NCBI RefSeq assembly: GCF_003918875.1
Contig: NW_025767010.1
Span: 806,001-870,000, forward strand
Direction of reading: 5' to 3'
Length of the DNA stretch: 64,000 bases
DNA from: Haliotis rubra
Lineage: Eukaryota
The stretch's first letter is position 1; each line of letters starts with the position of its first letter. Under the pieces are notes generated by a model that saw only the letters and a list, made by a program, of their open reading frames with translations, was not told the origin of the DNA and did not search any database. Both the position numbers and the translations under genes were made by a program. Shown here in pieces: positions 28,195 to 42,130 of the stretch.

Positions 28195-28388
28195 GTTTGT
28201 TTGTTTGTTGTTTAACGTCGCACTCGGCAATATTCCAGCTATATGATGGCGGTCTGGACCAGACAATCCAGTGACTGACACCATGAGCATCCATCTATTG
28301 GGATACGATGTCATGTGTCAACCAAATCCGACCACCCGATCCCTTAAGTCGAGGGTTCCCGAAGACCAGTTCTAACCCCGATCTCCAT
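28195..28388 (-). mobile_element. SINE-B copy with internal deletions
   Basis: Homology. Confidence 0.8.
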
Positions 28389-28440
28389 TAACTGTTTAGA
28401 TTTATAGATACTTCAGAAGTAACCACAACCTTTAAATTTA

Positions 28441-28834
28441 CGACTCACACTTTGCTAAAGATCACAAAAAATCCCAACTTTACTTAAACATAGATTTATA
28501 ATTTGAAATTGTATCCATTTAAATCTGGATAAATAATATTATGGTAACCCCTCTTTAGGCAAACAGCCACTTTAATCTAACCTTATGCACTTGGTGCATG
28601 AGTAACCATAAAAATGGTTTTCATGGCACCAATCAACCATTTTGCAAATCATGGAACGAGTCATTGACAAGTTCACAACACCTGTCAATAGCAGGTATGG
28701 GATTCACAAGATGCAGTGACATACTGAAACCTAGATCCATGTTTACAATAACCTTAGATATTTAAATCAAATTAGACCCCTCATCACAGTTTTCTGTTGA
28801 ATCAATGATTTGATCCTTAGCAAAGTGTGAATAG
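28441..28834. mobile_element. TA-flanked MITE
   Basis: TIR core TCACACTTTGCTAARGATCA; TA on both sides. Confidence 0.8.
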
Positions 28835-29228
28835 TATATTCGATTCCGGACCAAACAGACAAAACGTTGACACTATGATTATGGATGAAAGTCCTCAGGG
28901 TGGGGTCACTCACAGTCACTCACAGAACCAATGGTTTGGACGATGACAACATTAAACAAACGATAGCTTCCCTATATAAACTCTATGTAGATTTGACTGT
29001 TCGTCTTATAGGTTCGTTCACTGACAAGAACATGGAGAGTAACCAATGCTTCACACGTTGCAATGAAGAGTTTTCCATCTACATTGCGTTGCGTTTCGTT
29101 GCGTGAGTGATCTTTGTTGTCAGACAGCCTATATGAATGAATGTATTTGAACCGAGAGACACACATCTACACTCTTAGACTAACGCAAATCTCTGAATAT
29201 ATACAATTTCATAGTAGCTTGAAATATA

Positions 29229-30024
29229 CCCATTTCAATTGAAAAGGAGTCCCAGTGAGATGGGAAATTCAGAACCTTAGGAAATTTAGGCTTGCCTCAT
29301 TTAGGTGAGGTGAGGTGAACTTGGGTTTAACGTCATGCTTGAGAATATTTCGCTCATATGACGACGTGCATGCGTGTGTGTGTATGTGCGGCTGCTTGTA
29401 CTAGCCCAGACTTAAGCTGGTTTTATAGTGCTAGCCCACTGAGATACCATGCCGCAGTGAAGCATGAATACCCAACTCAGACACATTATACTGACTCCGA
29501 GCCGACCAGTCCTTGTTGTACCCATTAATGCTGAGCGCCAGGCAGGGATGAACAAGTACCATATTTTAACGTCTTTTGGTATGACGCGGTCGGGGATCGA
29601 ACCCACGACCTTCCGTTCTCCGGGCGGACTTTCTAACCACTACACCACGGAGGCTTTAGCATTGCAGGGAGGGCTAGGCAATAAGGAAAATAATGTGGTT
29701 CGGGGACTGTGAGACAGACTACTACAATCTTTAACGTGGAATCGTGTCCACGAGTATGTTCTATAACTTAAACTTCTAATACATCAACACTGTTGTACTC
29801 TACAGCATGATTTTATAGACCCGTTTTGGTGTGTGGGTAGAGATTGCCTACTCTCGCAGTGAACCCCGCACTTACAGTGTAACTATATAGCCCCTTGTTC
29901 TATAGTGAGTTTGTACAGATTGTCTACTAGTCTGTCTCACAGTCCCTGAACCACATCATTTCCCCTACTGCCTAGCCCTCCCTGTAGTGCTAAAGCCCTG
30001 AGGCTCCTTTTCAGTTTAAATGGG
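29229..30024. mobile_element. Fold-back/MITE element D with long imperfect TIRs, interrupted by a SINE-C
   Basis: Outer IR CCCATTT.AA.TGAAAAGGAG; inner IR of about 75 bp; solo left arms at about 31566-31703 and 32635-32772. Confidence 0.8.
29304..29654 (-). mobile_element. SINE family C (tRNA head, Meta-domain-like body, (CACCT)n tail)
   Basis: A box TGTAGTGG; B box GGTTCGATCC; GTCATACCAAAAGACGTTAAAA..CCTGCCTGGCGCTC body. Confidence 0.88.
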
Positions 30025-30162
30025 TTTGTTTGTTACTATCAAAATTATCTTTATTCAGAGACTAAGCGTTAGGGTCTACACACAAACTAACTCCCGCATC
30101 CTTCAGTGTGACTACACAGCCCTGTGGCTGTTCTAGTGTGTTGGTAGCGGGCCTGTACTCAC

Positions 30163-30301
30163 AGTGGGAACCGATTTCTTCCACCTTGATCGTTCGGAGG
30201 TCGTCGGTGACCCTGTAGATTATGTAGAGGAACTGACGGCCCATCTTCAGGTTCTCGAACACCGTCACACACTCCTCGTTCACCGCAACACCGCTCATCG
30301 C
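30163..30301 (-). CDS. ADF/cofilin exon (AMSGVAVNEECVTVFENLKMGRQFLYIIYRVTDDLRTIKVEEIGSH)
   Basis: SGVAV N-terminus; YIIY..KVE ADF-H pattern; tttcag/gtgagt boundaries. Confidence 0.93.
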
Positions 30302-30799
30302 CTGAAACACAGACTTGTGTACATCAACGGGCCGTCTTTATATCACTGAGTGAATGATTTTAGGTTCAGTTTTACGCAATATTCCAGCAATTTCACGGTG
30401 GGGACACCAGAAATGGGCTTCATACATTGTGCCGCTGTTACAGGTCATTGGCTCCCTCCCTCTGCAAGCAGTTTGCGTTCTGCTGTTTATTTTGTTGACA
30501 GTTACATAGACAGATTCTTTAATACAAATGCATAAAATCGGTGATTTACAATGTGATTAGGTTGTCTGACAAAACATCCGCTTGCACAGTTTGAGATCGA
30601 TTGGGTCATTGGATGAAGAGATATTTACAAAAAACTGGGTCCACATGCATTTCATGCCAAACTATAATGCACGTTTACGTTAAGCGTCAATATGCACGTG
30701 CACTTCTGAGGAATCGTGAGCAGGGACATTGCCTATGTAAAGGCCGTTTTACTTTCCGACGGTCATTGGTATTTTATAGCTAGATGAAAGCATATCGTT

Positions 30800-31120
30800 A
30801 CGGGGACCCGTAAATCGAAACATTGCCATTGGACGTCTGGAAGCTGGAGAGTCTCAATCTGCCGTTGCACACCACCTCAATGTTTACCATTAGTCGTTTA
30901 TGGGACCGATATCAACAAACCAATTCTATACAAGATCGGCCTCGAAGTTGTAGACCTCGGATTACCACTTCAGCCCAGGATAGGTACATCCGGGTACTTC
31001 ATTTGCGGAATCGAACTGTTACGTCAACCATAGCAGTACAAGCATGGTTTGAGGAGAGTGCCGGCGCAAACCATTCGTAATCATTTTCGAGTAGCTAGAC
31101 TTCGAGTCAGAAGACCCTAT
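30800..31120 (+). pseudogene. Degenerate Tc1/Tc3-type transposase N-terminal (paired-like HTH) fragment
   Basis: AIGRLEAGESQSAVAHHLN / TISRLWDRYQQTNSIQDRPRSCRPRITTSAQDRYIRVLHLRNR / QTIRN, with frameshifts. Confidence 0.85.
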
Positions 31121-31392
31121 TTTGGCGGCGATAAATCCCGGGGTCTGTACTTTCCTTTGTTATCAAGATAAATCATGCACCTAATTATATACATTCTACT
31201 AAGCCGGTCGTCACAAACAATTAATAATATGTTGGGTTTTCTTCTTTGGACCCATCCAAACTTGTCTATTAGCATCAAGTCTGTGAACCATATAAAGCAA
31301 ATGGATTGGCACAAACAGTTAAACAGTATACATTTACTTGACGTGAGAGAAAGGTATTGCAATCTTATTAGAATATCAGCTCTGTAAGTTAA

Positions 31393-31558
31393 NNNNNNNN
31401 NNNNNNNNNNNNNNNNNNNNNNNNNNNNNNNNNNNNNNNNNNNNNNNNNNNNNNNNNNNNNNNNNNNNNNNNNNNNNNNNNNNNNNNNNNNNNNNNNNNN
31501 NNNNNNNNNNNNNNNNNNNNNNNNNNNNNNNNNNNNNNNNNNNNNNNNNNNNNNNNNN
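31393..31558. other. Assembly gap
   Basis: N run. Confidence 1.
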
Positions 31559-32357
31559 AATATATCCTTTTTAATTGAAAAGGAATACCAGTGAGATTCA
31601 GACCTGAGGAAATCTTGATTTGCTTCATTTTTGGCGTTAGCATTGCAGAAAGGGCTAGGTAGAAGGGGAAATAATGCGGTTCAGGGACTGTGAGACAAAC
31701 TATAATGTAGTTAAAATCTCTCAGTGCGAGCTCTTTAACCCACAAACCCACAATGTCTGACAACACCGACAGGTGAAACAGAAGAAGCCATTTAACCCAT
31801 CCCTGCTGAAAGACGAAGTAGAGTTTTTTGTGACCGAAATGTAACAGATAGGGTGCCATGGTCCGCTAGCCCTGCTACAAACCTATATATATCTATACCT
31901 CTCTTGAATGGGGGACTAAAATGCACAGGGGATTCTCACAAAGAGAAAGTATTTTGAGAGCTTAATGAGTAACATATAGGTACTACTGTAAACACGTTGT
32001 GGCATATATTTTATTACCATTGCTGTCATTTGGCTAAATATACACAATATTTATGAGTTTAACAAACTTGTTCTGCAAGATATAAGTCACAACATGATAT
32101 GTTCGTGGAGTTGGGAAATCGGCCAACATGGCCTTTGATAAGATTACTGTACGTAAGCAACCAGCACCGTTGTTTGTTTAGACGTTGAGACGTTGTCAGT
32201 AACACAGCATCAGCTCGCTCCCAGAGCAGTGGATCAGTTCACATACTCTCCTTCTATTTCAAGCACGGTAGATGAGAAGGGGCTTGTCTGTTAGTGAGTA
32301 GCATTTTACGACACCATTCTGAACATATAACAGCTGGCGGACACAGTAACAGGTTTT

Positions 32358-32524
32358 AGTGAGTGAGTGAGTTTGGTTTTACGCCGCTTTTAGCAATATT
32401 CCAGCAACATTACGGCGGGCACACCTGAAATGGGCTTCACACATTGTACCCATGTGGGGATTCGAACCCGGGACTTCGGCGTGACGAGCGAACGCTTTAA
32501 CCATCAGGCTACCCCACCGCCCCC
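32358..32524 (-). mobile_element. SINE-A, full length
   Basis: Homology; A/B boxes. Confidence 0.9.
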
Positions 32525-35500
32525 GGTTTAAGTGAATGTTTGAATGTTGATTAACGCTGCACTGAGCGATATTCCAATGTATTAGACTAACGCTTAGACC
32601 CTGAATATATATAATCGTGATAGTAACAAATAAGCCCATTTAAATCGAAAAGAAACCCGAGTGAGTTGGGAGATTATAAAATCTAGACTTGCTTCATTTA
32701 GGTATGTAGCATTGCAGGGAGGGCTAGGCATTGGGGAAAATAATGTAGTTCAGGGACTATGAGCCTGACTACAAATGTATGGGCTCAGTCTGTAAATATT
32801 CCGGAGTGGACGAGGCAGACCAGAGATATTGAAATAAAGAGTAGTGACCAAAGCCATGGTGTTGCGTTGACTGACTGACTGACTGAGTTTAGTTTTACGC
32901 CGCTTTTAGCAATATTCCAGCAATATCACGGCGGGGAACACCAGAAACGCAATAGGCCAATATAGTGTTCATTCGATCCACATGTGCGCGACATGCATAC
33001 CCGGAATACCCGGAGAGTTCATTTGTAAAGGGTGGTAGGGTAGGCAAGTGGTTAAAGCACTCGCTGAAGGTCCGGGTTCATTCACCACATGGGTAGAAAT
33101 TGTGTCACCGTGATACATTGCTGGAATATTGCTAAAAGCAGCGTAAGAAAATACTCACTCGTTATTTCCAAAAGTAATATTAATTCGAGGTTGTGTGCAG
33201 CCTAGTGGTAAGTATTGGTTCATCACAAACACAGCCCGAGTTCGAGTCACCTCAAGGGAACAATGTTATATGGCCATTCGTTGTTGTTTATACTGACATC
33301 TTCGGGTAAGGGGGCGGTGGAGTAGCCTAGTGGTAAAAACGTTTGCTTGTCAGAAAGACATGGGTACAATGTGTGAAGCCCATTTCTGTGGCATATGCCG
33401 TGATATTGCAGGAATACTGCTTAAAAACGGCGTAAAACACAACTCACTCACTCATCTTCGGTGAATTTGGTAGAAAACCAAGAAAGTAAACCAAGTAAAG
33501 TTATATCTCTTACAGTTATGAGAATTAGATGTTGTCATGTGTTATTTCATTAACGTAAACGCAACCGACATGTGTTTCAAGATTCAAGTCCGTATCCTGT
33601 CATCTCGACAATAATCTAAGTAAACCTGTATATTTATCGCAAAACACATCTCTAAATACATCATAATAGATATAAGTATACGATGCACCTTTCGCCTCTT
33701 GGGAAACATGATAAATATTCTATTTTAAGACATTCCACAAGTAAAGGTTGGCAAACTTCGAGCTATCGAAGTAACGATTACGTCATCTGATTGTTCGGCA
33801 TCTTAATATTGGCAGTGGGCCATGTTTAAGTCTTGTCTGCCGTCGCGACCATTCTTCCAACTGCATGTTACGGAGGAATGCAGAGGAAGATCTCCATACT
33901 CTTAGAGATAACCCACAGTGCCGAAATACCAATCTGATGCACCAGTTCCGAAATTAGCCGAGGAGGTTCGGAGTGAAAGGAAATGCCCTCGGCCGTGCTG
34001 TCGACGTCAGTCTACGTGAATTCTCGTCGCTTCTGATGCAAGTGGCGCCATGCCAACAGATGGAAGGGAGGTATTTGGGTGTGGAAATAACAACAAACGC
34101 GTAACTGTGAGCTATGGACAACCATCTTGCCTACACAAGCACCAGACTACGTGACGGCCTTCGAACCATTGTTTTACTTTCTCCTTCATTCAGAGACCGA
34201 AAATACGTTTTCCGGAACAGTTATTGGTACAGAACCGTAGATATGTATATGGCGGTTCTTGATGTGTTCATGGCTGCGGCTTGGGTTTTAATGCCTGCCA
34301 CGCGGACATAGGTGGGATTCTCTTGTAACTAGCCAGAACTCCTTGTATAGAGTAACGGTACTTAGGTATACGCTTTGCGCACGGTATCTCACATACCTGC
34401 CTTGCGGAGTTGTGAAATATCCCATGATATTGCCTGTCGGGGATTACAGCCTACTTATTACATCACTCACACGCGATATGTTGGCACAAGGCTGGGGGTG
34501 CATTAAGTGATAATTGTAAGGGAAAATGAACTCATTCTAAGGAAATAGTTTACTGTGGGGTAATTGTTTTCAGTCCGATTCTGGTCCACTCGGATATGCT
34601 TGTATTGTGGATGTTGGTGACGATCACCAATACATACATGACGTCAACAACGTTGTCCACAACTGTATTTAGGGTCATTTCCTGTCGTGTTACTCTCATC
34701 TCCATTCCTTGAACATAAACACCAAGTCGACACCTGCACCATGTTCGGCGCAGCTTGCCACAGATTTCTATTAATACTAGTCATTTCCTATGTTTAATAA
34801 TTTTGTATGTAGAAGAACTGACGGAATCGTGTAGCTACGCTTAAGTGAATAAGTGTTTTTTAATTACACATTGACATTTGGTACATCTGCTTCCGTTGAA
34901 AAAAATAAATACTAGCACCCTGTATGTTATCGAAAGAAGGTCATATTACACACTATGGTTTACAAGTGTAAAGGACAAGTTCGTCTCAGGGTATTGAGGG
35001 GATATGTGTGATTCAAGGTAAGAAACTTAACAAAGTTATGAAAATGAAATATAACTGAAATAACATATAACATGAAGGAGGTGTACATTTTGATAAATTA
35101 AACGCTAGCATATATAATAATTTTCTAATAGAAATGTATACTTTAATCTAAAAAGCTATTTAACGTGATCCGTCTTTTGCAACACATGAAGGTATCGTTA
35201 AGACTGATGTTTTAAGTCAACAAATATTCTATATTCAGTTGCATGAAAAACGGATTTCATATGAAATGGAGACTTAACAAGATGGTGTTTTACGTCAGAG
35301 TTCTGTTAAACTCATTCGTCAGGAGGTTTGCTTCAATATTGGGCCAGTTTAACTGTCTACAAAACGTTGGGGAGATAGGAATCATTCAGACCCTTACTCC
35401 ACCTCCCTGGAACATTTGTTTAAATTCAAAGTTTGAAAATGCGTTGCGATACAATTAACGCACTAAACCAACCCATCGTTTTTGGTCCCTATCGGCTATG

Positions 35501-35644
35501 TAATCAGAATTACTAGATAAAACATGCGTTCATCGTGAAGCCCTGCGTACTTCGTGGTAAAGAAAGTCTTGTAGCACTCCCATGGCGCTTGTAAACTGGG
35601 TTTTTAGATTTCGCGTGAAATAACTATCAGTCATGTTTGCTCGG

Positions 35645-35806
35645 NNNNNNNNNNNNNNNNNNNNNNNNNNNNNNNNNNNNNNNNNNNNNNNNNNNNNNNN
35701 NNNNNNNNNNNNNNNNNNNNNNNNNNNNNNNNNNNNNNNNNNNNNNNNNNNNNNNNNNNNNNNNNNNNNNNNNNNNNNNNNNNNNNNNNNNNNNNNNNNN
35801 NNNNNN
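35645..35806. other. Assembly gap
   Basis: N run. Confidence 1.
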
Positions 35807-37467
35807 GTATAGTTTACCTGGTGTGTAACTGTACCGACTTTCCACAACCAGAAGCTCTAAGTTCTGAACATACATCGATCTGTTGTTAATACCCCCTCTG
35901 GATCTCTTCATTAATATGGTGTGTATTTGCACCAAAACATCGTAGTAAAAGTTTAAATCCGTAGTATGTTGTTTTCAACCAAACAATCCAGTGATTGACA
36001 TCGTGAGCATCGATCTACGCATTTGGGACATGATGACATGCATTGCGTAATTAAAGTCATCGATCCTGCTGAAGATATTCGAGATCAGGTGTGTATTGGA
36101 AACTATTCTTACATTATGTCCCAAACTCATCCGATGTATTTCTTAACGGGGATATTTTCAGAGGAAATACGGTGAGTGTGCTGCTTCATGCATAACGCGT
36201 GTGTTCTAACAGCTCGTCTCCGTTACACTGTTAGACACGCAAACTCTATATATCGGGAATCCAATCCTCACCAGGTGACGTGACCCAGTGAGACTTGAAC
36301 AAAGCAAGATAGACAAGTATTTTACAAATGCATCCAAAAACATACGTACCAACTAGCGCACGAATCCCTGGGTATAGCACTGTTTATATTCTTAGCTACG
36401 ATTGACGTTGATCACCAGAAACAGATAGCAATGAAATACAAATATATGAATATATATGATCATTTATACACCGAAATGTAGCCTAAAACATAGCAATTAA
36501 AATGGAGATATCAATATTTTGTTACGAACCAATATCATAAGAAGTTGAAGTAAAAGGAGAAGCAGGCCCGTGTTATTTTTCTGTAATTGTACCATAACGT
36601 ATAGTGTCTAAACATGACATCTCTGACAAATATCGAGTTAGGTAATGTTTAGATACGTAGTTATGTATTAGAGAACAGTTAACATAGGGACCAAATTTAG
36701 TCTAGAATGATTGGGCAAGTATAGCCTGAAAATAAGAATTGTTCTGGGCTTCTTTAAGATTTTATGATTTTTATTATTTTTGGGTAATATTTATATTTTT
36801 AAATAGATTCTGAGACTAAATGTCAGGATACGTTTCATGGGAAATGGTGACCCCCGTGGTATTGCAGCCCAATCTCCCGGGGGTGCTAACTACCGATACG
36901 TGGGCACACAGGGGGTGAGGACGAAATGATGGCCCCGTAGATAGTAACGATATCCCCTCCCGACCCATGCCCAGGTTCTAACGAGCTCACCACGCCTCGT
37001 TAATATGTCAAAATCCGAATTAACAAGCCAGGTGAAGCTCTCTCTTGAGGAATGTATCGCTAGATTATAAACACATCACTGAAGAAGACCGTGCCTAATT
37101 GACAGATAGATAGAGGTGGCAATTTGGAAGACATAAATATTTACACCATCCATTTTAAGTTCTGAAAGTTGTGTGGAAAAGGATTCGGGATTCAGCAAGT
37201 GAAGGAATTGTTAAAAAAAATAAACATACAAGGTTGGAAAGGAACGGAAGCTGGAGCTCGTTACTCGCAAACGTATTTGTGTGGAATGTGTGTTTGACAT
37301 TACCCTAAATGTAAGGTGGACCAATTCGGGTCACGGAATTCTTTAAACAATTGAAACTGTTATTGGTTTCATACACCATTTTGATGCCAAAATTGGCATT
37401 AAAGAGCAGAAGCATTGATTGATTTTACCTAATCGGTGTAAAATATAATAAATTTGGTCTTACTTAC

Positions 37468-37470
37468 CAT
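37468..37470 (-). CDS. ADF/cofilin ATG-only first coding exon
   Basis: Minus strand reads aaccATG|gtaagta (Kozak plus perfect donor); phase 0 onto exon 2; ATG-only first exons are typical of ADF/cofilin genes. Confidence 0.65.
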
Positions 37471-37794
37471 GGTTCAAATAATGTAATAATTCCAAGGTGT
37501 TCCAAATACTTTCGCTTATCGTCGTTGCTCTGGCTCAGGTAAGGCGGAATAATACATCAACCGTACTATAGGGAATCAGCCGTATCCTTGTAAAAATAGA
37601 CACAAACTCATTTATGGGTCCACTTTGTCTGTTCGCGACAATCCCTCCTAGTAGAAGTACGACTGCCACTAAATATAACCTCTAGGCTCACTGCGCAGTG
37701 CGAACTATTTGCTGTCTCGGATTGCGAGGCTGAACATACTTGCGTGGTGAGAGCACGTGCTTCTCGTGTCAGACAGGCGCAAGACCGCCTGGTG

Positions 37795-37804
37795 CCATAT
37801 TTGG
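37795..37804. promoter_or_regulatory. Consensus CArG box (SRF site) upstream of the cofilin gene
   Basis: CCATATTTGG = CC(A/T)6GG, about 325 bp upstream of the ATG exon. Confidence 0.55.
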
Positions 37805-37970
37805 TAAAATGGGGAGAGCGAAGAATCGTCTTAACATTCAATTACACTCAATCGCTAAAGATCTCGGCCTGATTTGACATATATTTATTGTTTGGTCAGT
37901 GGTCTTGACGGACAGCGTTGTTTGTTAGACGCTGATCCAAGTGGAGGGACCAGGTAGGTGGAACCAGCGT

Positions 37971-38003
37971 GTCACGTGACTTCTTTGAGGGCGGCATATA
38001 TAA
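37971..38003. promoter_or_regulatory. E-box/CLEAR palindrome plus TATA-like element
   Basis: GTCACGTGAC at 37971-37980; TATATAA at 37997-38003. Confidence 0.45.
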
Positions 38004-39268
38004 CAGTGCAGGAAGACAACAAGTTCTCACCCACAGTACCTCAACAGTCGCTGCCGCAGCCGTTGTCTGGGTTGCAGGAACTGCACCCATCCTCAATCTT
38101 TCCATGTTGACATGCTGTACTTCCTACACGAAATCTGGACTCATTTGAGGTCACGGGTGCTCTATTGGCATTTTAAGGGTCACTGAGATCACCTTCATAT
38201 CTTGTGTCAAGGGCCTAGGGTGGTTCTGAGCGTCACCACACAGTCCTACCGTATCTTGCCTGTTGAAATGCACTTCAATACAATGCGTGTACTCCCGTGT
38301 GCATGTATGGACTAGCAGGGGCGCTACATTCATTGAACCCTAAAGTCAGTGAGTATGGTTTTACGCCGCTTTTAGCAATATTCCAGCAATATCAAGGCAG
38401 GGGACACAGGAAATGGGCTTCACACATTATACCCATTTCGGGAATCGAACCCGGGTCTTCAGTGTGACAAGCGAACGTTTTGACCACAAGGCTACCCCAC
38501 CGCTCCCTGAGGCCTGAAAGCCAATAGGATCACCTCCACAGTGTATGTCACATGCATGTGGTGCTTATGACAGTGATATACGTCCCCTCCTAATCAGTTC
38601 CTGGCGAAAGGTTGTACGTACCACACAAACTTGTACGTTTCCACTATACAGTAAAGATTCCGTTTATATATGCCCAAGAAGGGTCCAAATGGTTCAGTCA
38701 GTCGGTCTGTTTGTTAAGGATATGCCAGTTCATTCACAGTGGGTCAGCTTATTGTTACAGACAAGCCATACGTGTAGCAGGTCGTGAAATCTACAACCAA
38801 CGTATGGTGGGTGCGTGAGCATACTCACTCACTCACTGTAACAGGTAAACCCTCATAATATCCGGTTACTGCATTCCTTACCAAGTGTCATATTTGTGAA
38901 AAACGAAAAATAAGTTGGACGTTTATCGGGGTTCGAAATTAACGTCGGTCCTTAGGCCCGAAGCCGACTGAAAACCACTCGGACCCACAGCTTTTGTTTT
39001 CTGCAGGTCCTTATGGCCGACAGCTTTTTCATCCCCAATAACTAAGAGTATTAATTTCAGAAAATATCATTGGGTAATTTCTCATTTTTAAAAATATTTT
39101 GTTGTAAATGAAGACTAGTCAGTCACTAGAGTTAAATTAAACTCTTTAACTCAGTTTGTTAGTTGTCACAGGTTCTGGGTCCTTAGGGCCTGCAGCTTTT
39201 CAAGGACAAACTCTGACCTTTAAGTAAAATGGGATATGGACCTACCCCCAGTCATAACCCCATACATA

Positions 39269-39696
39269 CACTCCCCTTCAAAAGTTTAGACTCACTTAAA
39301 ACACTCACTATATATTATGTATATTTGTATGGTTACAACGAAGATTGATTTCTCCACTAACTTGGGGGAACCAACTGCAAACCTTATGCAGATGAATTGC
39401 ACGAGGATTAAGCATAAAATTGCTCAAAAGCATGTGCAAATATCGTGCATGTGAACAGCTGTGTTTTGGTGTAAAGTTTTGTTAAGAATTCGCCAATTTG
39501 CGATGATTTTTATCATTTATTGAACTCATGACAATAATGTTTTTAACGTTACGAATTTGTGTTATAATACATCAGTTCATGTGTAAATAGTACCTTTAAA
39601 CAGTATGGAATATTTTTGCAAATTTTAGTTTAGAACAGTTGCCTGAAGTAAGTGGCTAAATTTATACTAATGAGTCTAAACTTTTGATGGGAAGTA
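39269..39696. mobile_element. Tc1-like MITE
   Basis: TIR YACTYCCMWTCAAAAGTTTAGACTCA; TA TSD. Confidence 0.88.
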
Positions 39697-40986
39697 TATA
39701 TGAGAAGAGGAAATATGTGCCATTTTTTAACAATAATCCACCGCACGTGTCTCCGTGGCATGAATATTACTTCTCAACTACAGGTGTCTATATGTCTTTG
39801 ACAATACACATCCACAACTTGTATCTTTATGACTAAGACAAGGCTTGTCCAGATCACGTGGCTATATGAATCAGAAAACACTTGTCTACATCACTGAGTG
39901 ATTAAGTCTGAGTGATTAAGCCAATACTGATCTACCCCACGTAACTCTATGACAAACTCCTTACACTGCTACATTTGGAAATCTTAGGTGTCCGGGTGTT
40001 GAGTAAACGATTGTGACTATAACCTACAACCTATAACCCCATCGTCCTCACCCCCACCCCATCCCCACCACACACACTCAAACAATACACCCACGACTAT
40101 GAAAATTATGTATAAACGATGTGAATATTTAGATTTGAAATATTATAAATGAGTACTTTAAGAATGCGTTAGTATGGAGGCAATAAGATAAAAATGAAAA
40201 CATTCTTAATCAAACCACAATTTTTAATATCAAAAGGTCATATAAACGCGTCATATGGGCCAGTTTGTGATGAGGGGTATTGAATACCCCAATACCTGCC
40301 TGTACACGTACCCCATCGATAGTCGTGTCACCACAGCCAGATACACGCCACGGGGACTTAACGCGATGAATAGCTTTCATGTAAGTGTCAATATATAGCT
40401 TTACATATATCTGACCATGTTTGAAATATGTCTGGCGATAACTGTTCCCAAAGGACTCCAAGATCATCTTTATGGTAAATTTCACACCCACACAACATAT
40501 TGGTAAGATACGGTGAGATCAACCGTTTAACAGCCTCGTTGGGCTCTCCTTATCTGTGAGCTGGACATCGGGCTGTATGCCACATCAAAGGGAGATAACC
40601 CACGCTGGCCTCTACCATTTGTTATCAGTACGTGATGTACGAGTAATTCTCCGACACAGAGGATGGCTTTGTAGACAATATAAACAGATAATACACTCAA
40701 ACTTGAACCTAAGGAGAGTTTAACTAAAACGTATATAAAATGCGGGGAAATGCGTTGCTGCTCTGAGATTTCAGCCCATTCAAAATCGTTCAGTATGGTT
40801 TGAACCTGTTCAAAAATATTAATATATTCCTGTATTTTCAGTTACTTCAATCACATATAATAGTTTTATTAAGTTATGTATTTATGTATTGCATCTGTAC
40901 TTATGAATAATAAACATAATCCGTGAAGATCCTGTCTTCAGGAACCCATGAACGGTTGGTCTACGACAGTCGTAAGTCTATGTTAA

Positions 40987-42070
40987 AGGTCACATGCAAC
41001 GTAAAACACAACTTTGCAGATTCTGATACCTTTCGGTATGGACTTACCGAAACAAATCGTAAAAAAATGCAAATTCAACTTATAAAGTTGAAAAATAACG
41101 CGATGAAAAAAAAAACGCGCGAAATCGGAGTTCAAACGTTTCACTAATTTTCCCCAGACTTTTCTGGGGAATACGGGTTTCAACAGCTTGGCTGCGCTCA
41201 TAGCACGTGCGGAGTGAAATAGGTTCGCGCAACTTGATAGCGGGCTGTCTGGTGAATACTAGTACTCGGTGAAGGCTTTGGTGTGAGCTATTTTCATAAC
41301 GTTTTGTTGATATCTCACAGGCGCGAGCTTTTTATATGTTATTACAGTAAATAAACTGTTTATGTAATTTCATTTGTCTATTTCACCACACGTTCTTCTT
41401 ACCGAGTCACTTTCTCAGTTCGATACTTAAAAGCAATGTCATTATTTAGCGTTGACACAATTTCTAACTGTGATATAGATATGTCGCTGTCACAGACAAA
41501 ACTCAATGTCTTGTGTTATTGACACCTGTGTGTCTGCCTGCCTGTCTGCTAATGACAATATTCAATATACAACTGCGATCACTGACCACATGCAATTTGA
41601 ACTTAACACCAATCAGTCTATACACCATAAACAAAACGCATTGATTTATGGCCCGAGTTCGGTCTCTGTCACATTATGTAATTACACAGACAGGCAGGTG
41701 TGATACTTGAACACATGACATGTTATGATGTCTGTTGATTGCAAAATGTTATACATAAAAAATGAGCATGTATTTACAAAACCCAACATCTCTATATATA
41801 CACACACAATGAGCCGTGAAGACGGCATCTGCTAATGAACCAGCCGTTCCACTTGAGTGCACACCCACCCGCTCTGACTGGGTTCGGTATCCCGGCTGCT
41901 TCGTTTCGAGGGAGGTAAACCCAAGTACAAACTATTGCACTTTTGATTTGCGATTATACGCTTATAATTTTGTTTATTTGTTTTTTCATAATCAGCAATG
42001 CATATTATATGTCATGAAGAAGTGATAATTGTGTTTTAATTATGTTTGATTTTTTGGTTGCATGTGACCT
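40987..42070. mobile_element. Kolobok-like non-autonomous element
   Basis: TIR AGGTCACATGCAAC; TTAA TSD; purine-purine terminus. Confidence 0.88.
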
Positions 42071-42130
42071 TTAAAGTATGGGGGTTACGATCATCTTAGC
42101 GCTACGATCGCTTTGTGGAACGGGGCCCTG

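Noticed and set aside
29412-29606. Twin ORFs MGSIPDRVIPKDVKIWY... (also 51855-52049) as a gene family
   Set aside because: Both are frames through SINE-C copies
36910-36930. GTGAGGACGAAA resembling a hammerhead stem II end
   Set aside because: No upstream CUGAUGA or complementary strand; CTGAAGAAGACC at about 37079 likewise lacks its GAAA half
38184-38206. TGAGATCA bantam-like seed
   Set aside because: The rest of the sequence does not match and there is no pre-miRNA hairpin
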